Shown here: piece after piece, positions 39,602-49,390 of the stretch
How the letters are laid out: each line of letters opens with the position of its first letter
How positions within the stretch are numbered: the stretch's first letter is position 1
Origin: Candidatus Lloydbacteria bacterium RIFCSPHIGHO2_02_FULL_50_18
Lineage (GTDB): Bacteria; Patescibacteriota; Minisyncoccia; Phycocordibacterales; UBA6899
Assembly (NCBI GenBank): GCA_001821395.1
Contig: MHLM01000012.1
Location: forward strand, 84,107 to 148,106
Direction: 5' to 3'
Length of the DNA stretch: 64,000 bases
Notes under the pieces: model-generated
Seen by the model: the letters and a program-made list of their open reading frames with translations, nothing else
What the model was told of the DNA's origin: nothing
The model's database searches: none
Program-made: the position numbers and the translations under genes

Positions 39602-40033
39602 ATGCAACTCAATCAACTAAAACGCGTTCACAGGAACAAGGATGACAAGCGTGTCGCACGCGGTGGAAAACGCGGAAAGACTGCGGGCCGCGGAACGAAG
39701 GGTCAGAAGGCTCGCGCCGGACATCGTATGCGTCCTGAAATGCGTGACATCATCAAGAAGTTCCCGAAGAATCGCGGATACAAGAATCAGTCTTTCGAGG
39801 TGAAACCACAGCCGGTCAATCTTCTCGTCATCGAGACCTCGTTTGCCGCAGGCGAAGCAGTCAATCCGGAGACACTGCTCGCAAAGAAGCTTATCAACAG
39901 GGTGGGCGGAAGGATGCCAAAGGTCAAGATCCTCGCAATGGGCAAGCTCACAAAGAAAGTGATCGTTACCGGTTGTGCGTTCTCGAAGACCGCACAGGAG
40001 CACATTGAGGCAGCGGGAGGGACAATTCAATAA
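39602..40033 (+). CDS. rplO: 50S ribosomal protein L15
   Basis: MQLNQLKRVHRNKDDKRVARGGKRGKTAGRGTKGQKAR... Confidence 0.93.
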   Translation: MQLNQLKRVHRNKDDKRVARGGKRGKTAGRGTKGQKARAGHRMRPEMRDIIKKFPKNRGYKNQSFEVKPQPVNLLVIETSFAAGEAVNPETLLAKKLINRVGGRMPKVKILAMGKLTKKVIVTGCAFSKTAQEHIEAAGGTIQ

Positions 40034-40036
40034 TCG

Positions 40037-41332
40037 TTGGGCAAGAGCCCCACATTAACCATGAACAATTTTTTCTACAAACTACGCTTGATGATCTCTG
40101 ATCCGTCACTACGAGGGCGACTCCTCTTTGTTGTCGGAGCACTGGCCGTCTTCCGTATCGCCGCTTCGATCCCAATTCCGGGAGTCGATCACGCTGCACT
40201 GCTCCAGTTTTTCCAGAACAATCAGTTCCTGGGACTCTTGAATGTGTTTTCGGGATCGGGACTCTCAACACTCTCCATTGTCATGCTTGGTGTCGGACCG
40301 TATATCACGGGTTCCATCATCATGCAGCTCCTTACGATGATGTCGCCAAAACTGAAGGCGATGTATCACGAGGAAGGGGAGATCGGTCGCAAGAAATTCA
40401 CTCAGTATTCACGCTTACTTACGGTGCCACTCGCAATGCTTCAGGGGTATGGATTGCTTGTATTGCTGGCGCGCCAGGGGGTGCTCGGAGATCTGAATCC
40501 ATTCCAGTTGTTCGTAAACGTACTCATTGTTACGGCAGGTTCCCTTTTCCTGATGTGGATCGGTGAGCTAATCTCTGAGTTCGGTATCGGCAATGGCGTC
40601 TCGATCCTCATCTTCGCAGGTATCGTCTCGCGTATTCCTACGGTTGCCTCTCAGACCTTGGTCTCCTACAACCCTCAGGATATACCGCTCTATCTTGCCT
40701 TCACCATCGCGGCAGTGGTTATCATCGCCGGGGTCATCGTCATGACCGAAGCGGAGCGACCGGTGCCGATCACGTATGCGAAGCGCGTGCGTGGCGGAAA
40801 GATGTACGGAGGAGTCTCTACTTACTTGCCGCTTCGTGTGAACCAGGCAGGTGTGATCCCGATCATTTTTGCTCTTTCGATCTTGCTTTTTCCTCAGCTT
40901 ATCGGAGGATTTCTCTCTGGGCTCGCTAATCCGACGGCGCAGATGATCGGTGAATTCATGAAGACGAACTTTTCGCAGGGATGGATCTATTCGATCTGCT
41001 ACTTTGCGCTTGTCTTCCTCTTCACGTTCTTCTATACCGCAGTGACGTTCGATCCGGAAGCGGTTGCAACCAACCTTCAAAAGTCGGGTGCGTTCATTCC
41101 GGGAGTTCGACCGGGTGCAGCGACGGCAGAGCATATTGCGAAGATCCTCACTCGTACGACATTTGCAGGAGCATTATTCCTCGCAGGGGTCGCAGTATTG
41201 CCGCTTATCATGCAGTCGTTCACGGGAAACCAATCGCTTGCGATCGGTGGTACCGCACTCTTGATCGTTGTGTCGGTTGTGCTTGATCTTATCAAGAAAA
41301 TGGACGCACAACTCTCGATGCGCGAGTATTAA
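40037..41332 (+). CDS. secY: preprotein translocase subunit SecY
   Basis: Ten TM segments. Conserved LNVFSGSGLSTLSIVMLGVGPYITGSIIMQLL and GISILIFAGIV blocks. Confidence 0.95.
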   Translation: MGKSPTLTMNNFFYKLRLMISDPSLRGRLLFVVGALAVFRIAASIPIPGVDHAALLQFFQNNQFLGLLNVFSGSGLSTLSIVMLGVGPYITGSIIMQLLTMMSPKLKAMYHEEGEIGRKKFTQYSRLLTVPLAMLQGYGLLVLLARQGVLGDLNPFQLFVNVLIVTAGSLFLMWIGELISEFGIGNGVSILIFAGIVSRIPTVASQTLVSYNPQDIPLYLAFTIAAVVIIAGVIVMTEAERPVPITYAKRVRGGKMYGGVSTYLPLRVNQAGVIPIIFALSILLFPQLIGGFLSGLANPTAQMIGEFMKTNFSQGWIYSICYFALVFLFTFFYTAVTFDPEAVATNLQKSGAFIPGVRPGAATAEHIAKILTRTTFAGALFLAGVAVLPLIMQSFTGNQSLAIGGTALLIVVSVVLDLIKKMDAQLSMREY

Positions 41333-41579
41333 AAAACGAGCAATTTGGGCGCACTACAGGTTTGTCATCGGGTATGACCCCACGTCAACGTACGAGAGTA
41401 CGTCTCGTGAGGATCATCCCTCGACGCACCCGTATTGCATCCCAAATTGTTCGTTTTTGTTTTGTCTTAAAATCATGAACATTTGGTTGTCGCGAATATC
41501 GTTGTAGCCGGCAAGTAGATCAAAACACAAAAGACCCGAAAGGGTTTTTTGTTTTATCGTTTTTTGATACACTCTCTTT

Positions 41580-42185
41580 ATGAATAAAGAAACATTTATC
41601 TTCATTGGGGCATCGGGATCAGGAAAAGGAACGCAGGTTGCCTTGCTCAAAGAAGAACTGCTCAAAAAAGATCCGACTACTCCGATCTTCTATCTTCAGA
41701 CCGGACAGTACTTTCGTGAATTCATCAAAGATGATACTCTCGCGTCGCGTATCGCAAAAGATGCGATCAACAATGGCGAGCGTGCACCGGACTTTTTGGC
41801 GATGTATATCTGGTCAAAGGTGTTCGTCGAAAATCTCAAAGGAGAGGAGCATCTCATTATTGATGGTTCCCCGCGGTCGTTGAATGAAGCGCGAAATCTC
41901 GATATCGCGCTCAAGTTCTTTAAACGCGAACATCCCGCCGTCATTTATATCAATGTATCACGGAAGTGGTCGTTCGATCATTTGATGGCACGCGCAACGA
42001 AGGAGGGTCGCATTGACGATAACGCGGAGAGTATCAATAAGCGCATTGCATGGTTCGATGCAGATGTTCTTCCCGCCATCGAAAAATTCCGTCGCGATAG
42101 AGATTATGATTTTGTGGAGGTGAACGGTGAGCAATCGATCGAGGCTGTCCATCGCGACATCATGGCGAATGTGTTTGGGGTGTAA
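41580..42185 (+). CDS. adk: adenylate kinase
   Basis: FIGASGSGKGTQ P-loop and LID region. Confidence 0.93.
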   Translation: MNKETFIFIGASGSGKGTQVALLKEELLKKDPTTPIFYLQTGQYFREFIKDDTLASRIAKDAINNGERAPDFLAMYIWSKVFVENLKGEEHLIIDGSPRSLNEARNLDIALKFFKREHPAVIYINVSRKWSFDHLMARATKEGRIDDNAESINKRIAWFDADVLPAIEKFRRDRDYDFVEVNGEQSIEAVHRDIMANVFGV

Positions 42186-42283
42186 CGTTCACTTTTGAGC
42201 ACAAAATAGTGTTGATCAAACAGACTCGTGCTCACACCCGATCGCCGCTTTTTTATTCCGGAGAACGATGCTAGTATGCCGAT

Positions 42284-43048
42284 ATGGCCAAATTTAAGAC
42301 AAAAGAGGAGATCGTCCTTCTGCGAGAGTCCGGAAAACGCTTGGCGCGGGTACTCCATGCCGTAGCAAAGGAGATCAAGCCGGGGGTGACCACGCAATAT
42401 CTCGATGAAGTCGCCGAGCGGCTCATTCGTGAAACGGGCGATACTCCGCCATTTTTGAACTACACTCCGGTCGGTGCACGAAGACCGTACCCCGCGGCGC
42501 TTTGTGTGTCGGTGAATGACGAGATCGTGCACGGCATCCCGAGTGATCGCGTACTGAAGGAGGGCGATATCGTCTCTATCGATCTTGGACTCACACACAA
42601 AGGAATGATCACTGATGCGGCGCTTACTGTCCCGGTGGGCAAGGTCTCAAATAAGATATTGGAATTGATCTCAGAAACAGAACGCTCACTCAAGGAGGGC
42701 ATTCGCGCTATGCATCCCGGAGGACACATCGGGGATATCGGTGCAGCCGTTGAGCGTGTTGCGCATCAGCATGGGTACGGTATCGTGCGTGAGCTTGGCG
42801 GTCATGGGGTAGGGCATGCGGTGCACGAAGACCCCTATGTTCCCAATTACGGAAAAAAACATTCCGGTCCGATACTCAAGCCCGGTATGGTCTTGGCGCT
42901 TGAGCCGATGTTCATGTTGGGAAGTGAAGATATTCGGCTTATGCCGGACGGGTATACGATCATTACGGAAGACGGCTCTCTCTCTGCGCACTTTGAACAT
43001 ACGGTTGTCGTCACTGAAACAGGAGTAGAGATACTGACGAAGGAATAG
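42284..43048 (+). CDS. map: methionine aminopeptidase type I
   Basis: Pita-bread fold motifs (VCVSVNDEIVHGIP, DIVSIDLG, HGVGHAVHEDP, LEPMF). Confidence 0.93.
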   Translation: MAKFKTKEEIVLLRESGKRLARVLHAVAKEIKPGVTTQYLDEVAERLIRETGDTPPFLNYTPVGARRPYPAALCVSVNDEIVHGIPSDRVLKEGDIVSIDLGLTHKGMITDAALTVPVGKVSNKILELISETERSLKEGIRAMHPGGHIGDIGAAVERVAHQHGYGIVRELGGHGVGHAVHEDPYVPNYGKKHSGPILKPGMVLALEPMFMLGSEDIRLMPDGYTIITEDGSLSAHFEHTVVVTETGVEILTKE

Positions 43049-43056
43049 CGATCACC

Positions 43057-43260
43057 ATGTCGATACAGTCAACAGTTCGATATGAATGTGAGCAAGAACA
43101 GGTGAGTGTTCGCTCTGCTTTTGATGTGTTCGTCGCGGAACTGGATGCTATCGATCAGGAGCATGAACTCTTGCTTCAGGATGCGGTGCAGATATTAGAA
43201 GAGCGGGCTGTGAACAAACTCCGTGCACAGATAAGTAATCCCTTTCAACATGGAACCTAA
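43057..43260 (+). CDS. hypothetical small protein (67 aa)
   Basis: ORF immediately after map. It overlaps the start of the next gene by 11 nt. Confidence 0.35.
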   Translation: MSIQSTVRYECEQEQVSVRSAFDVFVAELDAIDQEHELLLQDAVQILEERAVNKLRAQISNPFQHGT

Positions 43261-44644
43261 CGAATTTCCATCGGATGAATTGCAGCCCTCCGCCTACCAT
43301 CCCGAAGAAACAGCGGAGTCGGCAGACCTTTCTCTACTTGAGGATGCTCTCTACCCTGAGGAAAACACTGAAAATGCTGCAGCAGCAGCGGTTGTAGGAG
43401 AGCATGAGGCTATGGCGCTCCGGCAATCGGAGCGAGATCTATCGCAGGAGATAGTCACGCTCCAAGAAAAATTTGAAACGTTGCTCAAGGAGAGCGAGGT
43501 GGAACTATCGCTTGGTGCGAGCAGTCTTGATGCGTCTGCGCATGCGTTTGGTTTGGATGCTGCTGAAAAAAATGAAGCGCTTGAAACGATAGGGTGGAGC
43601 GCTCGCGAGCAAGATCTCCGAGAGCGTCTGCATCAAAGCACCGAGCGATTAGCTAAAGCACTAAGAGAAGGCGCGGGGGTTGTGTCGACTGCTTTTGTGC
43701 TCGGTATTTCAACTCCTGCGTATGCTGAAACGCCCACCGCGCCACTCGAGTCGCTCACCCGAGCGAGTGTTGCTACAGAGACGGGGGAACGGAGCCCGCT
43801 TCCGTCGTACGAGGAGGTGAAAGAACAATTCCGCGCATCAGCACTCATCGCCCTGACAGAAGAGCGAGCGGTCTTTGTGCGGACAAAGGACGGCGAACCA
43901 ATGAAGACGATGATACTCACGAAGGGGAAGTCCGTGTCGGTGGGATTTTCTGATACTGAGCTGAAGGAGCTTTCTGCCGCAATGAAGTCGAGCACGGCGG
44001 AGATCGAAGACGTGCATACTCATCCGATCAATGCCTTAAAGGCCGTCGGCTTGATCAGCGGGGAGGATGCCGACAAGATGGTCCGCGGCGAACTAGCGCC
44101 TGCTTCTGCGGAGCCGTCATCGCAGGACTGGAACATTCTTTTTATGAATGATGAGACCTATAATTTTCCTCCTGGGCAGATGTCTCAACGCGTGATCGAT
44201 GCCACAGGTGAGTGGACGCAGGGAATAAGCGACAGCGGCTCTCCATTCATCGTCGGCATGCGCAAGGGGATGAAGGAGCTGAAACAGATCGGACTAGACG
44301 GCTTTGATCTCACTGCTGACGAGAAAGCGTATCTGGAAGAGAGCATCGCCCAAGATGAGACCTCGTTCCATGCGCTTCAGAAGATCATAAACAGTGATAG
44401 TGTCGACCCTCTTGCGAGTGCGACACGAAAGAAACTGGTAAATGGCATAGGGAAGGTGATGAGTAAATATGTTTCTCTTGAAGATGTGAGAAAATATAGT
44501 GAGCTGACGGAGCCGCGCTCCGCAGCAATGAATAGGGAGGAGCGGAAAGCCCGCGTGCTTCGCATGGAGGAGCTTGCCCCCCTGCTTGGTTTTCGGCTGA
44601 AATACACGCCGCATGAGGTTCCGCCGGATGCTACAGTTAAATAA
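43250..44644 (+). CDS. hypothetical protein (464 aa) with one predicted TM/signal-anchor segment
   Basis: Acidic N-terminus and a hydrophobic GAGVVSTAFVLGISTPAYA segment. The stop is 3 nt before the next start. Confidence 0.5.
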   Translation: MEPNEFPSDELQPSAYHPEETAESADLSLLEDALYPEENTENAAAAAVVGEHEAMALRQSERDLSQEIVTLQEKFETLLKESEVELSLGASSLDASAHAFGLDAAEKNEALETIGWSAREQDLRERLHQSTERLAKALREGAGVVSTAFVLGISTPAYAETPTAPLESLTRASVATETGERSPLPSYEEVKEQFRASALIALTEERAVFVRTKDGEPMKTMILTKGKSVSVGFSDTELKELSAAMKSSTAEIEDVHTHPINALKAVGLISGEDADKMVRGELAPASAEPSSQDWNILFMNDETYNFPPGQMSQRVIDATGEWTQGISDSGSPFIVGMRKGMKELKQIGLDGFDLTADEKAYLEESIAQDETSFHALQKIINSDSVDPLASATRKKLVNGIGKVMSKYVSLEDVRKYSELTEPRSAAMNREERKARVLRMEELAPLLGFRLKYTPHEVPPDATVK

Positions 44645-44646
44645 TA

Positions 44647-45927
44647 TTGAACGCCTTATATCATATGGAACGATCCGAGAGACAATGTGAATCATCAAGA
44701 GCAACAACCACCGAAGGACGACCCTCCGTCCCCGAGGATGCGCCGAAGCTCGCAGACTGGATCGAGGAAGAACTCGGAGATACGGAGCTTGCGGATTTTT
44801 TGCGCGCGCATCCGGAGGGAGTGGAACTTCTCTCGAACGGAGAGGCGATACTGCCACACACGGTATTTGATGTTGTCGAAGATCTTATTGATGCAGACCC
44901 TGCGTTTGCTCAAGAACTTGCCTGCACACTGGATCGGGAGCGACTTTTTCCCGAACTTTCATATCAGAAGGGGGTGGGGAATGTGACTGAGGAGGAGGTC
45001 GCTGATGCATTCAGAGAAAGAAAATTCATTGTCGCACGAGATCGCACTGCACTACATGAGGGTCAGGTGGAAATGAGTGAAGTTGATCGGCACATTACCC
45101 ATGCTGCGAATATTGCGCTTTCTCAGCTGAGAGAAATATACGGACTCCCTGAATTTACTGTTCCTGACGAAGCCGTACGCATCATTTTCGGAACCGACGA
45201 CGTATTTGTCCATGAATCGGGGAAACCACTGACGGCTTCTTTTTCACAAGGACTGCAAAACGTGTATTTCCCGGAGGATGCAAATGTTAAACAGCGTCTG
45301 AACAGTATATTTCACGAATTCACCCATTTTCATTCCTACGGTTCATTTCAGGTGGACCGTATGCAAGATGGAGGTTCTGCGACAAGCGACTATCGCGTTG
45401 GGCTAAAGGTCCGAGCGCGACAAGTGAAGGGCTCGCCAACCACCGCCTATCTTGAGTCGCTCAATGAGGCGGTCACCGAAGAAACCGCAAATCGTCTTTG
45501 TCGCGATATCTCTGAGGATGACCCCGATCTTGGTATGTTTGCGAAAGATGGACATGACTTTTCAAAATACATCACTGAGGAATATCCGGAGATGCTCACG
45601 GAGGGCAACTTGCGTCCATATTGGATCAGCTACGGGAAAACAAAAGAAAATGGTGATGTTCCGGTCTTTTCCTCATATGCAGAAGAAAGAAATGTGATGT
45701 TTGATATGTTCAAAAAGATCTACGAGAGAAATCCGAACCTATTCGACGGGAAGTCTCCCGATGAAGCAGAGAATGAGCTTTTTGAGATGCTGCAAAAAGC
45801 CATGTTCACCGGCAACATCCTTCCTTTTGGCCGGTTATTCAATGACACATTCGGTCGGGGGAAATTTCGTGAGTTTGGACACTTACAAACGATCGGGGAG
45901 CAGCAGTCTTTTGTCGAAGGGCTGTAG
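44647..45927 (+). CDS. hypothetical protein with HExxH motif (candidate zincin-like metallopeptidase)
   Basis: IFHEFTHFH in an otherwise unrecognised 426-aa soluble protein. Confidence 0.5.
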   Translation: MNALYHMERSERQCESSRATTTEGRPSVPEDAPKLADWIEEELGDTELADFLRAHPEGVELLSNGEAILPHTVFDVVEDLIDADPAFAQELACTLDRERLFPELSYQKGVGNVTEEEVADAFRERKFIVARDRTALHEGQVEMSEVDRHITHAANIALSQLREIYGLPEFTVPDEAVRIIFGTDDVFVHESGKPLTASFSQGLQNVYFPEDANVKQRLNSIFHEFTHFHSYGSFQVDRMQDGGSATSDYRVGLKVRARQVKGSPTTAYLESLNEAVTEETANRLCRDISEDDPDLGMFAKDGHDFSKYITEEYPEMLTEGNLRPYWISYGKTKENGDVPVFSSYAEERNVMFDMFKKIYERNPNLFDGKSPDEAENELFEMLQKAMFTGNILPFGRLFNDTFGRGKFREFGHLQTIGEQQSFVEGL

Positions 45928-46048
45928 GGCATTTCCTGCTTCGTCCGCCGCGCTGTAGGACCATCGCGTGCTATTGATGCTGAACACGCGGTTTTCTGCT
46001 GAAATACACGCCACATCCATCTTTCTCAAGCGCTGCTGTGCGGATAAT

Positions 46049-46079
46049 CTTACTCACGTGACAGAATGTGTTATATAAT
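46049..46079 (+). promoter_or_regulatory. sigma70-type promoter (TTACTC ... tgtTATATAAT) for the ATPase gene, near-leaderless
   Basis: TATAAT at 46074-46079 lies 9 nt upstream of the ATG at 46089. Confidence 0.4.
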
Positions 46080-46088
46080 GAACATTCC

Positions 46089-49000
46089 ATGGAGCATCAT
46101 GAAGGACAATTTGAGTCACCCAAGTTTTCTTCGCCGGAAGAAGAGCTGAAGTATCTGCGTGAGCGCGTCGCGCAAAAGGAGCAACAGTTGTGGCAGGAGC
46201 AGGAGCCCGTACAAAAAGAATCAGTGATCTCAGGTCAGGTCCTTGAATATGCAGAGTCGTCACCCGCAGCAAGACTGGAAGAGCACATGATCATCGAAAA
46301 TCCGCAGTTCGAGACGGTAGTTGAGCACTTGAGCTCCCTTCCTCATCGTGAGAAAGTGCGCGAACTATATCGTATCCTTGCCGAAAAAGGCGTCTTGAAT
46401 GCGATCAACGTCGCGCGGGCGCAGAATAATCCGCATATTGAAGAAGACTTCCATCGTGTGCTTGTTGAATATGTAAAGACGGGCGTTCTGGTTCCCGGTC
46501 TTGATAAGGAGAGGGAGCTTGCCAAGGAATTACGTATGACCGTGTTTGAGGTGACTCTTCCCTACGCCGGAGCACAGGAAGGTGTTACACTTGCATCATT
46601 TCATGACGTCGTGACCGCAATGGAGCGCTTTTATATCGGCATGATCCCTCCACCCGGTTCCTCCGCAGCACCGTATGGTCCGATTGCACTCGAGCTCGTG
46701 TTGTCTAATTTTTCAAGTGATATTGTTTTCTTTATCACCGTAGAAGAGCACATGAAGGATCTTTTTGTGAAGCAGATCCTCGGCTCATTCCCCACGGCGA
46801 AGATCGAAGAGTGTCCCGGTGACTTTAATATCTTCAATGAATTCGGTATTTCGGTGGCATCCTATGCTGAACCATTGGGAAATTTTATCTATCCGATACA
46901 ATTAATGGAGGAGGCAGAGAAGGATCCGCTCACGACCATCCTTAATTCTTTCACGAAGATCGAGAGGAACGGTGAGGGTGCCGCAATCCAGATCATACTT
47001 TATCCTGATACCGGAAATATCGACGGAAAGATCAAGTACGGCATCCATCAGTTGGGACAACACGTTCCCGCGTCTCGCGCCACGAATATCCCTCTTTCTA
47101 CGGGGGGTGTCATCACTAAATCGCTGACGGAATTTTTTCATACTCAGCTGAAGACCGAGAAAAAGGATGAGGCCACGCAGGCAAAGGAAGCAGAAACGAA
47201 TGCGAAAGCAAAAGAACTCATGGAAGAGAAGATCAAGGCACCGCTCATCCGGGCAAATATCCGCATCGTTGCTTCTTCGACGACGCGTGAGCGTGCCGAA
47301 ATGATTCGCATGTCGATAGAGGCGGCGTTCAGTCAATTCAATCGACCGCAAGCGGGAGGGGTCAAGTTCACGAAGACGGTGAATAAAAAACTTGAAGAGT
47401 TGCTCCATCATTTTACCTATCGCGAGGTGAACGACAGTGAGGCGCTTATCTTCAATTCAAGAGAACTTGCATATCTTTACCATCTTCCGCTTACGGTATC
47501 TCAAAAGGATGCACCACAACTGAAGACCGTACAGGCATCATCCGCTCCCGCGCCGGCTGACTTGCCGCATGAGGGGACATTGATCGGCGTCAACAAGTAT
47601 CGCGGTGAGTCGCGCGAGATACGGCTAACGAAGGCGGACCGCCTGCGGCATCTCTATACGATCGGACAAACAGGAACAGGGAAGTCCGTCTTCCTCAAAA
47701 ATCTTGCGGTCCAGGACATTTTGGCCGGGAATGGCGTCTGTTTCATTGATCCGCACGGTTCCGACGTACAGGATGTGCTTGCGGCTATACCAAAGGAGCG
47801 CATCGATGACGTGATCTATTTTGATCCTTCCTACACGAAGCGGCCATTTGCACTGAATATGCTGGAATACGATGTTGACCATCCCGAGCAAAAGATCTTT
47901 GTCGTGAATGAAATGCTTGCGATATTCAAGAAACTCTACTCCTCGAGTCCTGAATCAATGGGTCCCGCTTTTGAGCAGTATTTCAGAAATGCGACAATGC
48001 TCGTGATGGAGGATCCTGAAAGCGGGAACACGCTGCTTGAGATACCGCGCGTGCTTGCGGATCCCGCATTTCGCAATCTCAAACTATCGCGTTGCAAGAA
48101 CCCCATTGTGGTGCAGTTCTGGAGAGATATAGCAACGAAGACATCGGGCGAATCCGGTTTGCAGAACATGATTCCCTATATCACCAATAAGTTCGACGTA
48201 TTCATCTCGAATGACGTGATGCGTCCGATCATCGCACAGGAGAAATCCTCGTTCAATTTCCGCGATATTATGGACAACAAGAAGATCCTTCTGGTGAATC
48301 TCGCAAAAGGCAGCCTTGGGGAGATGAATGCAAATCTCCTTGGGCTCATCATTATCGGAAAATTCCTTATGGCGGCAATGTCGCGCGTTGATTCATTCGG
48401 AAAATCGCTTCCTGATTTTTATCTGTACGTCGATGAATTCCAGAACATCGCTACTCCATCGATCTCGGCCATCCTCTCTGAGGCGCGCAAATACGGACTC
48501 TCACTCAATCTTGCTCATCAATTCATCGGTCAACTTCCCGAAGACATCAAGGCGGCAGTTTTTGGTAATGTCGGCAATATGGTGGTGTTCCGCGTCGGCA
48601 CCGAAGACGCGCAGTTTCTGGAGTCTCAGTTTGCGCCGATATTCAAGGCGTCTGACATCATGAAGATCGAGAATCGCAATGCCTATGCGAAGATCCTGAT
48701 TAACGGAAAGCCGGTATCTCCGTTCAATGTCGAAATGCTTCCACCGCCCGAGGGGCACCCCGAAGTTGTTGAGCAGCTGAAGAATCTGTCTTATCTGAAG
48801 TACGGACGGGACCGAAAGATCGTCGATGATGCAATATTGAAACGTTATATGTCCGCGCAACAAAATCCTCAGCCCGCAGGCGTGGCGGCAGTGAGATCAG
48901 TCACACCGATAGCTTCGGTACCCGTCCAATCCGGAGCCGTCGCCCCGGTTCAGTCACAAATTCTTCGTCCGGTCGTTATGTCGGCACCTCTTTCGGTTCC

Positions 49001-49265
49001 CACAGTTCCGGTAAGTGTCCCTCCAGCAACGGCAGTCGTTCCGTTTCCAGCAGTCCCGTTGCCGTCCAGTCCCGTATCTCCTCTCAATACTGCGCCACAA
49101 GCCACAACGCAGTTTGCGCAAGCATTCGTGCGTGCGGATCAAGTGGCACCCTCGAACGTTTCACTCTCTCTACCCGAGATGCCCGCATTCAAGATGGCTG
49201 AGGAGCCGGACAACAAGGTCCCCCCAGTCCCTGGAGCTTTTGGCAGTGTATTTTCCCAAAAATAG
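46089..49265 (+). CDS. HerA/FtsK/TraD-VirD4-superfamily P-loop ATPase with large N-terminal domain and Pro/Val-rich C-terminal tail (1059 aa)
   Basis: Walker A IGQTGTGKS and Walker B LYVDEFQNI precede the LNLAHQ sensor. About 470 aa of unassigned N-terminal sequence. The ORF track began at a GTG at 46068. Confidence 0.65.
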   Translation: MEHHEGQFESPKFSSPEEELKYLRERVAQKEQQLWQEQEPVQKESVISGQVLEYAESSPAARLEEHMIIENPQFETVVEHLSSLPHREKVRELYRILAEKGVLNAINVARAQNNPHIEEDFHRVLVEYVKTGVLVPGLDKERELAKELRMTVFEVTLPYAGAQEGVTLASFHDVVTAMERFYIGMIPPPGSSAAPYGPIALELVLSNFSSDIVFFITVEEHMKDLFVKQILGSFPTAKIEECPGDFNIFNEFGISVASYAEPLGNFIYPIQLMEEAEKDPLTTILNSFTKIERNGEGAAIQIILYPDTGNIDGKIKYGIHQLGQHVPASRATNIPLSTGGVITKSLTEFFHTQLKTEKKDEATQAKEAETNAKAKELMEEKIKAPLIRANIRIVASSTTRERAEMIRMSIEAAFSQFNRPQAGGVKFTKTVNKKLEELLHHFTYREVNDSEALIFNSRELAYLYHLPLTVSQKDAPQLKTVQASSAPAPADLPHEGTLIGVNKYRGESREIRLTKADRLRHLYTIGQTGTGKSVFLKNLAVQDILAGNGVCFIDPHGSDVQDVLAAIPKERIDDVIYFDPSYTKRPFALNMLEYDVDHPEQKIFVVNEMLAIFKKLYSSSPESMGPAFEQYFRNATMLVMEDPESGNTLLEIPRVLADPAFRNLKLSRCKNPIVVQFWRDIATKTSGESGLQNMIPYITNKFDVFISNDVMRPIIAQEKSSFNFRDIMDNKKILLVNLAKGSLGEMNANLLGLIIIGKFLMAAMSRVDSFGKSLPDFYLYVDEFQNIATPSISAILSEARKYGLSLNLAHQFIGQLPEDIKAAVFGNVGNMVVFRVGTEDAQFLESQFAPIFKASDIMKIENRNAYAKILINGKPVSPFNVEMLPPPEGHPEVVEQLKNLSYLKYGRDRKIVDDAILKRYMSAQQNPQPAGVAAVRSVTPIASVPVQSGAVAPVQSQILRPVVMSAPLSVPTVPVSVPPATAVVPFPAVPLPSSPVSPLNTAPQATTQFAQAFVRADQVAPSNVSLSLPEMPAFKMAEEPDNKVPPVPGAFGSVFSQK

Positions 49266-49354
49266 TCTTTAAGTGTCGAAGAATTTCGCTGAAACGTACT
49301 GTTTTTTCGGCATCTTTGCTACAATAAGTTGGCTAACGGGCGCGGAAAATATCT

Positions 49355-49384
49355 TTTGACAAAGTACAAAATTATTGATATAAT
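49355..49384 (+). promoter_or_regulatory. perfect consensus sigma70 promoter TTGACA-N18-TGaTATAAT driving a leaderless mRNA of the giant gene
   Basis: TTGACA at 49355-49360, TG at 49376-49377, TATAAT at 49379-49384. The ATG at 49391 is 6 nt after the -10 hexamer. Confidence 0.6.
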
Positions 49385-49390
49385 GATAAT

